Shown: in pieces, positions 11,417 through 24,302 of the stretch | Numbering within the stretch: the stretch's first letter is position 1 | Layout: the number at the start of each line of letters is the position of its first letter | NCBI GenBank assembly: GCA_950097015.1 | Contig: CATNEN010000003.1 | Span: 1,550,001-1,614,000, forward strand | Reading direction: 5' to 3' | Source of the DNA: Macrostomum hystrix | Lineage: Eukaryota; Animalia; Platyhelminthes | DNA length: 64,000 nt | The notes under the pieces: model-generated | What the model saw: only the letters and a program-made list of their open reading frames with translations | The model's database searches: none | Told to the model about the DNA's origin: nothing | Program-made: the position numbers and the translations under genes

Positions 11417-12756
11417 TCACAATAGGCTACAAGACGCTGTTGCCAATTCAAATCTGGTGCTGGACCCGACAGCCGCCCGGGTGCTATCCATAGCAGCGGC
11501 TCTCAGGCCGCACAGCATGGCTTTGCCGCCCTTCTCCAGGTGGACGCGCTGGTTCAGGCCGTACACGTGCAGCCGATGGCGCCTAATGAGCTGTTGCTGC
11601 GGAAGCGCGGAGGCGTCATCGTCGTCGATGCCTCTATTGGACGATGTCGGCGATGCTGCTGCTGCAGCTGCTAATGCTGCCTCGGGCCAGCCGAAGTCGC
11701 ATTGGCAGATAGGAATTCGCCGGACTGAATGTCGCTGCAGAAGCAGACGGGTGCTGGGAGCTCGCTGGCCCGACGCCAGCAGGCGATGACGGCCGAGAAG
11801 GTATTCGCTGGCTACGGAGAGGCTGGGTGGAAAGCCAGAGGGTAAGCGAACGGCTGGGCCGACCTGCGTGTAAAATAACCAATTGATTTATTGATGTAAA
11901 CCAAAACTATGACCAATAATGAAGACAAAATTTATCTTAGTTCTGATTAAGAACAAACCTGGCGATGCACAATGTGACCCTCCTCCTCAGTGAGCTTGTG
12001 CGAAGGCAGCTCGGTACCGTTCAGCACCACATAGTCTATGGCCAGGCTCCAGGTCACGTGAACGAGCTGGTAGCGCTTTAAGCGACCGGCTCCGGCGCAC
12101 TCGAGGCACTCGACGCCGACCGCTCGACCTCGACAAGTCGGACAGCGCAGCGAGCCTCGGCCGGAGCACACCAGACAGCGCGATGGATCGTCAGTGGACG
12201 ATCTCGCAGCTGACGAAGAGGTCGTGGATGAAGACGAGGAAGGTGAGCTAGAGAGGCGGCCGAAACCACCACAGCCGCCTCCGACCCCGCCGCCGCCGCC
12301 GCGACAGCCATAGCAGGCGACGCTGCCTTTTCGGTGGCAGCGTCGGCAGGCAGTGTAGCCGACGCCGTAGCAGCGTGGACAGGCGAAGGCCTCCTCGCTG
12401 TGGGGCAGCGTCAGTAAGCACTCGGCTTCGCTGAACGCTTCCGGCAGGGGTCGTTTCAGATCCCACGTGTCCGGCGGATCACCTTCGAGTCGGCTATCCA
12501 ACCGGCCGCCCAGGTAGGGCATGAATCGCTCCTGAACTGTGTGGCACTCGAACCAGCTGACCAGCGTGTACACGAATGCTTCAGTGAAGCTGATGCTAGA
12601 CAGTGTGAGCGTCTTCATCGCTGCTCCAGTTGGATAACACCAGCAGCACCATCGGCCAGACAAGTGCTCCGCCAGCAGCTCGCGCAGATCCTCCTCGGTC
12701 AGTTGAAGCTGACGCTGCTGCTTGTGGAGACTGTCAAAATCTTCGCCCGATTCCAT
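11417..12756 (-). CDS. SSUH2: SSUH2-like protein (DnaJ-type CxxCxGxG zinc-finger repeats, C-terminal CaaX); exons 12756-11959, 11863-11417
   Basis: LTEEDLRELL..CC..Y, PPDTWDL, LPHSEEAFACPRCYGVG, several CxxCxGxG, LLLQRHSVRRIPI, LHVYGLNQRVH; ends CSLL-stop. Start uncertain (in-frame TGA at 12793-12795; probable 5'UTR exon ending near 14559). Confidence 0.8.
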
Positions 12757-13729
12757 GGCGTTGGAATTTTGCAACTCTCCGCTGAATCCGTATCAACGCG
12801 CAATGGCTTGCTTCTATTTATACTAATTTGGAGACTCTTTTGTTGTTGTCCCAACCTGATAGACTGGCATGTCAGACGGGAAATTTCAGGATCTCCGTGC
12901 CTTTGTTTCAGGCGCGTGGGCGGTGCGCTTTGAATCGAACAATTCGCTGCCGAATGGAGAGTCGCAGTGCCAAGGAATGGCTGACGGTTGCTGGGCGGTG
13001 CTGCCCACGGCCGGAGAAAGGAAGAGAAACTCTAAGCAGGGGGTTGTGAGGCTTTTTGGAGCACTCACTGGGAAATCGATAATTTCCTGCTCACCTTGGC
13101 AGGTATAAGTGGGCCGCAGCTTAGGTGCCTATAGACGACATCTCAGGGCTGCATCTGCCTAGCCTGTGTCCTTTATAATAGTAGCTCTAGCAATCAGCCG
13201 CACCCCGTAGATGCTGGCTGCCTGGAGCTGGGTGGGCACTGGTTGGTCGGAGGCGGGCGTCAGCGCGGACCTCGGGCTCTGGTTGGCTGACGTGGGTGGG
13301 ACTCGCTTCCCACTGCGCAGCCCCCACCCCCGACACCATACACGACGCGTCGCTGTGTTGAAGGACTGTGCGCAGATCCCTAAATCCCGGATGCTGGGGT
13401 GGGTAGACAATGGAGGTTGAAGAACTGCACGGATAGGGGAGAGACGGTGAAAGAGAGGGATATTTGGGGAGTTGTGAGAAGTGCTTGAAGTGCATTCTGT
13501 ATTGTTCCCATCTCCCCATGCATTCCCATCTGTCCCACAGCAGCCAGTTTCATACTTAAGCAACAGAAACACAAAAATACTTTCTAATCTCCTTGTAATT
13601 TAATCACTGCATATAATTGGCTTTCCTATGTGAATTTATCCACAAAATCTAGAACACACTTGCCAACAGCAAATCCAAACATGGCATGACTTCTTGTCTA
13701 CTTTCGTTTTTTTCCATGTGCCTATACTA

Positions 13730-14555
13730 TCTGTCTCATCTGAGTCTCTCTGCCCCATCTGAGTCTCTCTCTCTGCCTCATCTGAGTCTCTCTCTCTGCC
13801 TCATCTGAGTCTCTCTCTCTACCTCATCTGAGTCTCTCTCTGCCTCATCTGAGTCTCTCTCTCTGCCTCATCTGAGTCTCTCTCTCTCTGTCTCATCTGA
13901 GTCTCTCTCTCTCTGCCTCATCTGAGTCTCTCTGCCTCATCTGAGTCTCTCTCTGCCTCATCTGAGTCTCTCTGCCTCATCTGAGTCTCTCTCTGCCTCA
14001 TCTGAGTCTCTCTCTGCCTCATCTGAGTCTCTCTCTGCCTCATCTGAGTCTCTCTCTCTGCCTCATCTGAGTCTCTCTCTGCCTCATCTGAGTCTCTCTC
14101 TGCCTCATCTGAGTCTCTCTCTGCCTCATCTGAGTCTCTCTCTCTGCCTCATCTGAGTCTCTCTCTGCCTCATCTGAGTCTCTCTCTGCCTCATCTGAGT
14201 CTCTCTCTCTGCCTCATCTGAGTCTCTCTCTGCCTCATCTGAGTCTCTCTGCCTCATCTGAGTCTCTCTCTGCCTCATCTGAGTCTCTCTCTGCCTCATC
14301 TGAGTCTCTCTCTGCCTCATCTGAGTCTCTCTCTCTGCCTCATCTGAGTCTCTCTCTCTGCCTCATCTGAGTCTCTCTCTGCCTCACCTGAGTCTCTCTC
14401 TGCCTCATCTGAGTCTCTCTCTCTGCCTCATCTGAGTCTCTCTCTCTGCCTCATCTGAGTCTCTCTCTGCCTCACCTGAGTCTCTCTCTGCCTCATCTGA
14501 GTCTCTCTCTCTGCCTCATCTGAGTCTCTCTCTGCCTCATCTGAGTCTCTCTCTC
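13730..14555. repeat. Minisatellite GCCTCATCTGAG(TC)n with variable internal CT run (19-25 bp)
   Basis: ~38 units; begins directly at a minus-strand GTGAGA donor near 14558. Confidence 0.95.
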
Positions 14556-15039
14556 TCACCGCGGCTTTAGTTGCCCGAGGTCGCCAGGCGCTAGCGCAAT
14601 GAGCGGCGACGCCTCACCGCTGCACCCGGAAGATCAATCGATGCTGAGTTTGCCCCGGCTGCTAAGTCAAGCCGATGAAGTCAAGAAGTTTTGGAAATCT
14701 TTTCAGAAATCAACTCAGACAATTTGTAACTCGTTTATAATAACTTTTTATTCTGTTTTACGAAAGATAAGCTATAGACTGTGCTTACTGAACAGAAGCT
14801 AAAATATTGTTAGTTAGACATATTGAGATAAAACAGTGCATAAAGAAGCATTTCGAGCGAATTAGTAAACAAACAGAACTTATTAATAGTGATTAAAAGT
14901 AGTTTTACTGATGCGTATTATACAGCTTCAACAACACAGCACAAACATATTTCTTGAGTCGTAAATAGAGGTTGTAGTCATTTTTTTTAATTATTACTAA
15001 TGTCTGAATATTTTAATCAAGAATGGAGTCTTATCGAGC

Positions 15040-18000
15040 TCATGGCATGTTGATGTAAGGCTCATTCTCATTGCCAACATTAGCCTGGCAGTGTTGAGGA
15101 AGTTGCATGCATGCGCCTGACACATATATCACCCGTTCATAGGGGTTAGACTGGCTGGTCTGTCCCGGCATCTCTCTGCCAACTCGGTCGAAAATCGGAT
15201 AGTCGTAGGCGCTACTGCTTTCGCTTCTGGCATCGCCTGGTGCCAGCTGAAGCTGATGCTGAGACAGCCCGCATCTACCTGCAAGTTGCTGATCGAGTAT
15301 TATGTTGTTAAACCTGATTTTGAGTCAGCAATTTTGTAAAATTCCCGGGGAAAATCCGCGGGAAACCCGTGCTGTCTAATTTTAGCTCTCGGAGGAAATA
15401 CTTTAGCCAATCAGAGAGCTTCAGTCGTAAAAGCCTAGCCACTGAGTAACCCACCCCTTGCAATCAGATCACGTGGCGAAAATAGCCTTGATATATATAC
15501 CTGCAATTCCAGTACGGCCCCTACTAAAGCAATTCTTGGCTCAACCGGAGTGTTTGTGTAAGATGTGTGTGAGCGTCCGGTTAGAGCATTGTTCACAGCA
15601 GCAACGCCAAAAGCCACGGTTAGGAGCAGTAGACAGGTTATTATCGCCCAGAGTAAATTGTCGATCCCATTGGAGCCTGTGATTTGAAATGCAGGATTGT
15701 CTTTTTGGGCAATTACTCAAAAAGTTGCCTAAATACTATTGATAAAAAGGTCTTGATAGTATTGTCAGGGGACTGTCGGCGTTGACGTCTCGTTTAGCGA
15801 CAGTCAAAACACCCTCGCCAGGAAGGAAATCCTGCCCATTCCACTGACTCTTAAACACGCACGAACGCAGAAACGCCCTAACACAGTTGTATACAGTGTG
15901 CACAGTCACTTTCTCATCGTCAGGCAGTGTACACTCTCACTGTGTCTTTGGAGTTCGACCCTCTTAGGTGTAAATGGCACAGTGTAAAGGGCTATTAACT
16001 AATTAGTTAAGAAATCAACGCGACTGTATACTAGTACTTTGCGACAGGATTCTAAATTCAAAGCTATCTTGCTTGGAAAACACTTTAATATTGCAACAGT
16101 TGGTGTCAAATATTTACCATTGTGCACAGACTTCTTCCAATGGCACTGAGCGGTCTCATTGTGTGCAGTCTGGAATATCACTGCAGTATTATAGATCTGC
16201 TGAGCAGTGCAGTAAACAGTAAGCTCAGTAAGGTTGATACAATGCCTGCCCCGCAGCTCATGCTCAGCTGTCCAAATGCCGCTGCTGTTACCTCCAGTCA
16301 GCTCGACCGTCTGAAATGCGCAAATCAAGCCAAAAGTACATCCAAACTTCTGTCAGCACAGCAGCTTTCATGGCAGCGACCTACCTGACTGGCTCTGAGA
16401 GGGCTCGAGACTTCGCAGGCCACTGAGGACACCGGAGGTCGGCCGCCGGAGCTGCTCACAGTCAGCCGAGATCCATCGATGCTGGCATGCTGAACTCCAA
16501 TTCTGGCTGGGTCTGGAGTGTGAGACACAATGCTCATTAGAGAATGCAAATGTGAGCACAATACTAATTTGAGCACTGTGGACTCACAGAAAATGAAGGG
16601 CTGCTGATCGCTCACACTGCCAGCATGCTCGTAGCTCACACCTGACTGATTGACACTGCACCGGATGGACCAGTTCAGGTGTGCCATCGACTCGCTCACC
16701 TGCAGCTCATGAGCACTGCTGAAGCTGCTCTGCTGCAATGGGAAAGAGAGTCACATTGGTGAAGGTGGAGCTGATTGTGCTCACTCATTGGCGCTACTCC
16801 GACTCAATCAGTACAGCACGTACGTGAACTTTGTGGAGCATTGTGACTGGAGCTGCGTTACCGAGCAGTAGCCAGCAGCTGTGGCTCACGTTCCAGATAC
16901 TGCATCGGCTGGAGGTCACGTTGAAGAAGCTGGTCTGGCCCACGCGCCAGTAGCGACTCGAACCCAGGTCGATGGCTGTCTGACACGGCTCTGTGGAGTC
17001 AAGGAGCTGGCTGTGCTGGGTGAGGACTGGCTGTGCTGGGTGAGGACTGGCTGTGCTGGGTGAGGACTGGCTGTGCTGGGTGAGGACTGGCTGTGCTGGG
17101 TGAGGACTGGCTGTGCTGGGTGAGGACTGGCTGTGCTGGGTGAGGACTGGCTGTGCTTGGTGAGGACTGGCTGTGCTGGGTGAGGACTGGCTGTGCTGGG
17201 TGAGGACTGGCTGTGCTGGGTGAGGACTGGCTGTGCTTGGTGAGGACTGGCTGTGCTTGGTGAGGACTGGCTGTGCTGGGTGAGGACTGGCTGTGCTGGG
17301 TGAGGACTGGCTGTGCTGGGTGATGACTGGCTGTGCTGGGTGAGGACTGGCTGTGCTGGGTGAGGACTGGCTGTGCTGGGTGAGGACTGGCTGTGCTGGG
17401 TGAGGACTGGCTGTGCTGGGTGAGGACTGGCTGTGCTTGGTGAGGACTGGCTGTGCTGGGTGAGGACTGGCTGTGCTTGGTGAGGACTGGCTGTGCTGGG
17501 TGAGGACTGGCTGTGCTGGGTGAGGACTGGCTGTGCTGGGTGAGGACTGGCTGTGCTGGGTGAGGACTGGCTGTGCTGGGTGAGGACTGGCTGTGCTGGG
17601 TGAGGACTGGCTGTGCTGGGTGAGGACTGGCTGTGCTGGGTGAGGACTGGCTGTGCTGGGTGAGGACTGGCTGTGCTGGGTGAGGACTGGCTGTGCTGGG
17701 TGAGGACTGGCTGTGCTGGGTGAGGACTGGCTGTGCTGGGTGAGGACTGGCTGTGCTGGGTGAGGACTGGCTGTGCTGGGTGCTGGGTGAGGACTGGCTG
17801 TGCTGGGTGAGGACTGGCTGTGCTGGGTGAGGACTGGCTGTGCTGGGTGAGGACTGGCTGTGCTGGGTGAGGACTGGCTGTGCTGGGTGAGGACTGGCTG
17901 TGCTGGGTGAGGACTGGCTGTGCTGGGTGAGGACTGGCTGTGCTGGGTGAGGACTGGCTGTGCTGGGTGAGGACTGGCTGTGCTGCGTGAGGACTGGCTG

Positions 18001-20409
18001 TGCTGGGTGAGGACTGGCTGTGCTTGGTGAGGACTGGCTGTGCTGGGTGAGGACTGGCTGTGCTGGGTGAGGACTGGCTGTGCTGGGTGAGGACTGGCTG
18101 TGCTGGGTGAGGACTGGCTGTGCTGGGTGAGGACTGGCTGTGCTGGGTGAGGACTGGCTGTGCTGGGTGAGGACTGGCTGTGCTGGGTGAGGACTGGCTG
18201 TGCTGGGTGAGGACTGGCTGTGCTGGGTGAGGACTGGCTGTGCTGGGTGAGGACTGGCTGTGCTGGGTGAGGACTGGCTGTGCTGGGTGAGGACTGGCTG
18301 TGCTGGGTGATGACTGGCTGTGCTGGGTGAGGACTGGCTGTGCTGGGTGAGGACTGGCTGTGCTGGGTGAGGACTGGCTGTGCTGGGTGAGGACTGGCTG
18401 TGCTGGGTGAGGACTGGCTGTGCTGGGTGAGGACTGGCTGTGCTGGGTGAGGACTGGCTGTGCTGGGTGAGGACTGGCTGTGCTTGGTGAGGACTGGCTG
18501 TGCTGGGTGAGGACTGGCTGTGCTGGGTGAGGACTGGCTGTGCTGGGTGAGGACTGGCTGTGATGGGTGAGTGCTGACAGCAAAACAGTAAATTTCACTC
18601 ACTGCTGACATGTATTAGATTAGCCGTCTTTTTGACAGCCACAGACCTGTATCGTTCCGCCACATTCGCAGAGCACTGAACAGAACCGCCAGCCATTAGC
18701 TCAGATGCATCAAACTGGAACTGGGACACAACTGAGTACAGGATTCTGCCTTTATTGTCCTTGAAGATCGACTGTTCCTGCAAAGTTAGCAAAAGCTCAT
18801 TGTCAGCTGATTCCACATGTCAAGTCCAAAGCGGCAAGCACTGACCTCGATCAGCAGTGCTAAAACCTGCTGCTCAGCTGAGTAAATGACTGAGCAGTTG
18901 TGCTCTGGCTTTGGAAAACTGCCGTGCGATGCTAACTCAACGGAGACCGGCCGACCCGACACCAGCACTGGAGACACCGACAGACTGTTCGATTGATCTG
19001 AAATCATGCGCATGAAATCAGTTTCATCCAGATGATGTTACCTGCAAGTTCAGCTGGCTTAGGAGTCAAGTGTCTCCCACCACCAACGGTCATCTGCTGG
19101 ACTTACACGCAACAGCGATGGCTCTCTCGACCTGAGCTCTAGCTGAGCTGCCCTGTGAGCACACCAGAGCTCGTGGAATTTCCTTCTCGTCAGCCTTGAA
19201 CTCAAAGTGGCTGATTTGAGGTCCGTCTGTACCTTCACTCGGATTCAGCTGCAAGCGAGTCGGTATGAGCTGCTGTCAGCCTTCTCAGCAACTAAAGTAC
19301 ACAGCAGACCAGCCTCTCACCGGTGACACATTCCGCTGACTGCCATCAGCCAACCGAACAGAGCAGCTGGGAGGCTCAGGACCGCAGCTCCTGACAGAGA
19401 ATTCGATGTAGTCACCATTTCTCCAGGTGAGAGGCGAGCAGCCCAAGCAGAATTCGTTTTTTGTCTCATCCAACTGCAGTGGAGCCAAGGTACCTGCAAT
19501 AGAGTTCACTGCCTGCTCTGAAATCTCCGAGATGAGCACACCTTAGGGCCTGGCTTACCATTGAGACGGACAAAACTGACTGTGAGCGACTGCGAGCTGT
19601 TCAGAAGGAGGAAGGACACTGGCATCTGAAACTTGAAAGTGATCAGCATTGACATTGATACTGACTGCACTGACAATGGCCATTCAGCAGAGCGATTTCA
19701 GAGTCACAATTGAGCAACCTGTCCGAGCTGCCTCCAGCGGTCGCTGCTGCCGAAGGCCTCCCAGCTGGCGCAGCACGGATCCTCCAGCTGCAGCTCCAGC
19801 GGGAGGCTCGCGGCTCCGAGCGCCGACACGGGCGAGTCGACCGCACCTGCTGCCTGCCACTGGCCATCTGAAACACGAGTGCCATGCTGACAGACTGACT
19901 GTCTCAGACTGACTGTCTCAGACTGACTGTTTCAGACTGACTGTCGCAGACTGACTGTCTCAGACTGACTGTCTCAGACTGACTGTCTCAGACTGACTGT
20001 CTCAGACTGACTGTCTCAGACTGACTGTCTCAGACTGACTGTCTCAGACTGACTGTCTCAGACTGACTGTCTCAGACTGACTGTCTCAGACTCACTCTGA
20101 CTCAGCATCGGTCATGAGAACAAATGAAGGTCAGCGTCACTCACCCCAGCCTCGCACGCTCACCCGATCCAGCACCATCGGCTGCCTCAGCTGCATCACA
20201 AGCCACCGAGGCCCGGACCGCACAGCAGCTGGGAATTGGTTTGTCTCCGACAGGCCATTCTGCCACCGCTGGCAGTCACCGTCCGGCTGCCAGGTGCGCA
20301 CAATGTGGGTGCTGTTGAGTTCGACCGTGAGCTCTACAGCGATCGAGTCGCAGAAGTCACATTCCACGAAGCACAAATATGGAATTAGCATGAGCACTAG
20401 CACCAACAT
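15040..20409 (-). CDS. Unrecognised multi-exon type I membrane protein (signal peptide, Cys-containing ectodomain, one TM helix, short tail)
   Basis: MLVLVLMLIPYLCFVEC at 20409; phase-consistent exons 20409-20145, from 19867, from ~19627, ~19492-19321, from 19248, from ~18998, more at 18.8-16.1 kb; TM exon LLWAIITCLLLLTVAFGVAAV (~15676-15500); last exon from 15278. Middle and last junctions only partly resolved. Confidence 0.6.
15908..15975 (-). mobile_element. SINE family A fragment
   Basis: cactttctcatcgtcaggcagtgtacactctcactgtg is the reverse complement of the family A core. Confidence 0.75.
17005..18575. repeat. 20-bp intronic minisatellite (CTGGCTGTGCTGGGTGAGGA)n
   Basis: ~78 nearly perfect units. 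Confidence 0.98.
19887..20095. repeat. 14-bp intronic minisatellite (CAGACTGACTGTCT)n
   Basis: 15 units inside intron 19868-20144. Confidence 0.97.
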
Positions 20410-20769
20410 GTCGCTATTTCTGTGCAAATTAATTAGCAAGGTCGCAAACAGACAGCCTCGATAATTTCTAACCTACACTCGCATCGCACCATTTAGTTTT
20501 TTTCAGTTTCTGTCTCTTCACAATTCACCAAGGCTCGATAATTTATACAAAGTGCTGATAGTTATATTCGTCAAGTATTTGACTTTGTAAACAAACTGAT
20601 GAACCATCCTGATACTAATACTGATACTTAGTTTCCGGACTGGAAATTTCGATCGTGCATTCAAGTTTAGGCTTTTATACACGAGGTGTTTTAAAAATTG
20701 AAAATTAAACATCACAACTGCATAGTTGCCAAGTCAAGTTGCCAAATTTGCTGTATTCTTCTGCGCAAG

Positions 20770-20910
20770 TTTATTGTACCAATTTAACAGCTGGGTGAGC
20801 AGAATTTCGTGTCTTTCTAGTAGACTCAAATTGTTCCAGTGGAGTCGCGAATCGAGCCCCCGACTTTTCAGTTGTGAGTCCCACACCTTAACCACTAGTC
20901 TACGACCCCT
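20770..20910 (-). mobile_element. SINE family B, 5' part
   Basis: Reverse complement gives gggtcgtagactagtggttaaggtgtgggactcacaact...gctcgattcgcgactccactggaac, like the head of 25846. Confidence 0.75.
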
Positions 20911-22612
20911 AGCCTTGTCATATATTTTTTTATTGTTAAAATCCCTATTTTTACTTACATTTTTGGTTGTCTCGAGTCTTTTCTTGAGCAGTCTAGCTCA
21001 GTATCAGTGTCATTGCACTCAGTAGCGCAATAACCAATCACTCAATCGAAAAACTCGTATAGTAGTGAAACTGTCGTTTTTGCTAAACAAATTTCACATC
21101 GATATCTCATTGCTAGACAGAGATTCCTAGTGGGATTGTAACTGATCATTATACGGTGTATTGCATTATTACACAAGACAGTGATAGAGTGGCTATAAAG
21201 CCATAAGTTCCCATTGAGAACGTAATGCGAGTCAGCAGGCTGTGGAAACTGTTTTCTGAAACAAATTTCTGGTAGGCGACTGAGCATCGACTACAACCAA
21301 AGCGGAGGTCCGCATAAACAAATGTCATTCTTAGTTTTGCTATAATCAAAATGCTCGAGAACCAAGAGAGCACATAGAGCCGCCAGTTTTGCCATCGGCT
21401 GCCATCGACTCCTAGACCGGATCTCATTTCATTTAGCTGCCTGGCTCATTACCCAGCTAGCTTTGGTTAATCCATGGTTTAATGCTCCCGGCACACTAGC
21501 AGATTCTCACTGGCTATAATCTTCATCCTAATCCCCATTAATACCACCCTTTGTGTCGGACTATACAGCTACTATAAATAGTACGTGCTGCAAGACTTAT
21601 ACGTTATGTCCCTATGCTCGCCTCATTTGCAATCACGAAGCTTTGACTTGGAACGGGAACAAGCCAAAGGCAGGATTACGAGTTGGGAAATAAGGTCAAT
21701 TGTGGCAAAAAATGCATATCCCTTGGCCCATTATCCGCGAGATCCTTCAGTCTTTATCTCGAATTTGATTCCGAATGTTTTGACAATGCGGCTAATTCAG
21801 ACTTGAGTTATTTGTAAGCCTTGCAGATTGAGAAGCATTAATTAGCATTAGCCTCTCCTTCCTTCGTAACCTCTAAGCGTGAATGCAGGTGAATGCATGC
21901 GGCACTCGATAAAGCTGCATTGTAAGCTTGCCATTTTATTAGTACATCCGAGTGTAGGGTACATGCAGCTGCTTTGTCTGCATGATATTTTGGTTGGGCA
22001 TTGTGCAGGCTCTGCATCAAATGCTGTACACTTGCAGCTGAGATTTAGACATGAAAGCATTCTAATACGCCCACACTCATTTCTTGCACTAATCATTTTC
22101 GTCGCGAGTCTCGATGCAATACGATCATCATCATCATAGCAACAAGGTGTTTGTTGAATAATCTGATATAATTCCCTATGCTTTTGACTGTATTTTGTAA
22201 CCATGCATGAGCATTTTTGTCGTGCTTTTGCGTGGGTGGATGCGTAGGCGGATGTAGCAAATCAAACGAAATTTTAAGGTAATAATAAATCACCCAACGA
22301 ACTCTGTATTAATAAGCTATACTAGCCAATAGGAAAGGTGCGCGTCAGTTCTCGTGTCAGTGTGAACTGAACTGTTAATTGACCCCTGAAGTTGATGCCA
22401 AATTTGAGATAAGAATGCGCGAGCGTGACTCCATGTAAAACAGCAAAAAATTGAGATTAAAAAATATAATTTCACCTCAGTTCTATGTGGTTTTTTGCCA
22501 AAACAGAGAAGTAATATTATTCTATGAAGCCTGTTCTAGCTCGGATTACTAAAATCGCTGGAGCAGTCAAAATAGTAAAAATGATAAGATTTCACCCATC
22601 ACCCATTAGGGT

Positions 22613-22901
22613 AAGGGGTCGGCAAACTAATTAGCGTGTGGGCAATGGAGAGAACCTAAAATACGACAGCGGGCCGCATTGACTGTAGGAATATGAGAAA
22701 GGGGAGAGATAAGTCACAGGATAGATGGGACAGGAGAGAAATGAGACAGGGGAGATGAGAGTCCATGAGACATGGGAGATAGATGAGACTCTCTATGAGA
22801 GAGAGAAGATGAGACAGGAAACTATTGGAAAGGGCAACGGGCCGGATTTGGGAGCTTCGAGGGCCGCATCTGGCCCGCGGGCCGGAGCTTGCCGACCCCT
22901 G
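22613..22901. mobile_element. hAT (Charlie-like) MITE
   Basis: TIRs AGGGGTCGGCAA / TTGCCGACCCCTG with subterminal GGCCCGCGGGCCG and CGGGCCGCAT motifs; TSD not preserved. Confidence 0.7.
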
Positions 22902-24110
22902 ATTTAGAGCTAAAAATAAACGGTGCGTGTGCTATAAGCGGACGTCAGCAGTTTATGCAATCGGTACATATTTACCGGTATGCATGATGATTAAATAGTA
23001 AAATTACTCTTCAAGGACTTCTTAAGTAGATAAATATAAATGAAGACGGCGATACTTCAGTCGTCCTTGTTACTATTACACTATTACAGGTTCGGACGCA
23101 CTTCTTTGACGTACTAACGACGTACTGATCTGGTAAAACCTATAAAACCGATTCAACGCAAATCTATTTAACATTGTATATTGAAAAGAAATATACATAT
23201 ATACCTTTGATATATTAGTTTTTTTGCAGGTTTTATAATTCAATTGCCGCAACAATCCAAAGCAGATGCGCAGAAACTTCTGTGTGGGTAACAACTCTGC
23301 AGATTGACATCCCGACTCTCTCGAACGGAATGTCTCACAATCAGAAAATTGCATGGTTAAATTTTATGGGAACAATGCAAGTTAAAAAGATTTTTTTATT
23401 CAGGTATTAATTTTATACATTAATTTCATACATGTATTTTTTATGTATTTGCAAATATATATTTGCAAATATATTGTCTGAGACGTTTGTAGCCGATATA
23501 ATGCCACTTCAAGTAGCGTTTTAGTGAATTGATCCTCATCAACACATGAGTGTCCCATGCTCATGATGCGAGTCAACGGCTTAAAAATTATCCATCGTTT
23601 TTTGAGTCGCGCAATCATGAATGTAGTATATAATATGCATTTATACTTTGTATGTAAGGTTTATTATATTTGCACGGACTTAGTGAGAACAACGCTATAA
23701 AACAAATAACGAACAGAAAGCATGGCATAAGCGAAAAGGTTTTGTTGTGAGAATTATTTTTCATCAAATAAAACTTTGATAAACTTTTTTAAATATGTAA
23801 GCCCTACATTCATGTCCTGGTTGTAACACTAATTTGCATTATATAAACAAGATTTTGCAGGAAAGAACATTCGCGCGCTCGCTTGCACATACACACATAC
23901 TATTATATAACAAGCGTGTTGCCTAGGGCTAGCCTATATATAATATGCCAGTATATTGATCTAGCTATAGGCCAAAACATTTTCTATCTAAGGACCTATA
24001 GTAGCTAAGAAGTTAATGACTAATTAATTGGCTTAAGCTAGGCCTATAATATGACTATTAGTAGGCTTATAGCTAGGCCCCATGCTATATACAGTTTCTG
24101 TTTGAAATTT

Positions 24111-24266
24111 AACTAGGGGCCTATTCAGATATAACTCAGACTGGGGCTAGGCCTGACTACTCAGCGAATTTTCATAGCTGTCCTTACAGAAAAAATCTGT
24201 GGGGCTGTTTAAAATTCAATAGTCAATAATAAAAGTCAACAATAATAATAAAAGTATACATATTAC

Positions 24267-24302
<36 letters not shown>

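Noticed and set aside
16794-18611. 605-aa and 560-aa Pro/Ser/His-rich ORFs
   Set aside because: Stop-free translation of a 20-bp minisatellite, open in several frames; it lies in an intron.
20096-20100. 5-nt micro-exon in the orphan receptor gene
   Set aside because: Not needed: donor 20144 joins in phase to the TTTCAG acceptor at 19868.
23310-23375. Possible SL RNA gene (TTGCATG|GTTAAATTTTATGG)
   Set aside because: Only the TTGCATG|GT junction resembles a flatworm leader; no convincing 5' hairpin or properly spaced Sm site, and it may be an ordinary exon end.
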